A DNA stretch of 63,329 bases, the filler included, from Folioceros fuciformis (lineage: Eukaryota): the NCBI GenBank assembly GCA_049999805.1. It is 13 parts of 13 records of this genome, joined end to end, with 100 filler letters (N's around TTAATTAATTAA, not from the genome) between each part and the next. Parts side by side here need not be neighbours in the genome. Positions count along the whole stretch, not along the records: positions 61,554 to 63,329 come from JBNGIO010001805.1; 12 more parts are not named here. One strand, 5' to 3'. The notes beneath the pieces are model-generated. The model was not told the origin of the DNA, ran no database searches, and saw nothing but the letters and a program-made list of their open reading frames with translations. A program made the translations under genes and the position numbers. Of the stretch, positions 61,999-63,329 are shown piece after piece. The stretch's first letter is position 1, and every line of letters starts with the position of its first letter.

Positions 61999-62413
61999 GA
62001 ATAAGGGAAGGAGGAAATCTCCCTCCACTCCAGCAGCGGTGGATTCGTCCCCCTCTCCTCAGCTACGGACAAGAATCAGTCCTTACTCTCTTCTTCTCAA
62101 CTCACTCCAGCTCCTCAGCCTCCTTCTTCTCCTCGTCTTACTCACTCTTCTCACACATTCTCCAACACTTCTTCTTCTCCACACACTCTCTTCTCTCACA
62201 CACTCCTTCTCCTTCTCAACTCACACTCTCTTCAACTCCAGATTAAAAATGCAGTCAACCAGCTCAGGGAATAAGGGAAGGAGAAGCTCTCCCTCCACTC
62301 CAGCAACAGTGGATTCGTCCCCCTCACTTTCCACTGCAAAACACAACTGGTCGTTCAAGGAATAAGGGAAGGAGGTGCTCCTTCCACTCCAGCAACGGTG
62401 GATTCGTCCCCCT
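61999..62413. repeat. Three dispersed copies of a ~55-bp motif
   Basis: GAATAAGGGAAGGAG...CCACTCCAGCA.C.GTGGATTCGTCCCCCTC at ~61999, ~62269 and ~62360. Confidence 0.9.
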
Positions 62414-63182
62414 CACTTTCAGTTGTGGAGCAAAAATTCTCAACCCCCCCTAGGAGTGTCTCGCACTCACTGCCTCACCCAGACCTTTCTAGTCTCGCCA
62501 TGGACAGCGCAGGGGATCTCAATCGGGAGGAGTCTCTAACATTTGCTAATCAGAGAGGCACCAACAGGCCCCTTTTGTATAGAGTTTCCAAGAGCGGGAG
62601 CCACGGCCTGTCATAAAGTCTAGCTCTAAACTAGTCAACTTTAAAAAAAAGTGCTCTTAATGGCAGGCGGCACCAAGTCAGAAGAGCATCTTACCAAATC
62701 TTATCTAAATACTATTTTCAGATGCAACCACTCCTAGCTTACCTCAGCGCCACTCTCTCTCCTCCTATTTTTTCTTCTGCCCCACCTTCCCCTGCCACAC
62801 AAAATCTTCAGGCTCTCCCTCCTTGCTGCTGATTGGTTACAGGCTTTCCTTCCATGCTGCTGATTGGACACCTCACTCCTATTGTTGGCTGTCCCATCCT
62901 AGTTGTCCACTCTCTGCCCTCCAAGGATGCTGGTTGCCTCTTGTCACTCTGGCTGCAATTATTGCTATTCTAGGCCTCCTGATGCAGGTAGGGGTTTCAG
63001 CAACCTTGGGTTGTTGATTCGGCGACAATCGTCTCCCTTCGGCAACCGTCGTCTCCCTTTCAACAACCATCGTCTCCCTTCAGCTACCGGTAGCTGCTTT
63101 GGCTACCTCCGTTGTTGCTCGACTACTGGTAGTCCCTTTGCCGACCGTCATCGAACTTTGGATTCCTCCCTTCAGTGACCGT

Positions 63183-63329
63183 TGTGAACCTCCAAAGTTT
63201 GGGGTAGTAGTAGTTTGTTTTGGTTGAAAAAGGGTTAATAGTGGTATGGTTTGGTTTTCTTTTTCAACTTATTTTCCCTAATTTTCCTTGATTTTCTGGT
63301 CATTTTTCCTATTTTTCTTTGTGCTAATT
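63183..63329 (+). repeat. High-copy LTR (copy 3, start)
   Basis: TGTGAACCTCCAAAGTTTGGGGTAGTAG..., nearly identical to 43632 onward. Confidence 0.88.

Overview
Land-plant nuclear DNA, probably from a non-seed plant (inferred from gene content, not proven). It is 13 unrelated contigs joined by artificial 100-nt linkers (N44-TTAATTAATTAA-N44), so adjacency across linkers has no biological meaning. About half the window is nested, decayed retroelements: many Ty1/copia pieces, a high-copy LTR seen three times, Ty3/gypsy-type accessory ORFs, a CRE-like non-LTR RT relic and a probable DNA-transposon relic. Host genes: an intronless F-box/kelch-type gene; a 10-exon H3K36-type SET methyltransferase (PHD fingers + ASHH3-like AWS/SET + C-terminal Tudor); a plastid-targeted SRPBCC/polyketide-cyclase gene that the ORF track misses and that has a GC-AG intron; a GT8 PGSIP7/8 glycosyltransferase; CDC27/APC3; and an LRR pseudogene. 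Most notable signal: several copia elements carry an extra 0.5-1.2 kb between RNase H and the polypurine tract that reads as an antisense, apparently spliced accessory gene. Two related elements share the same donor context, an intronic motif and a 103/104-nt intron length.
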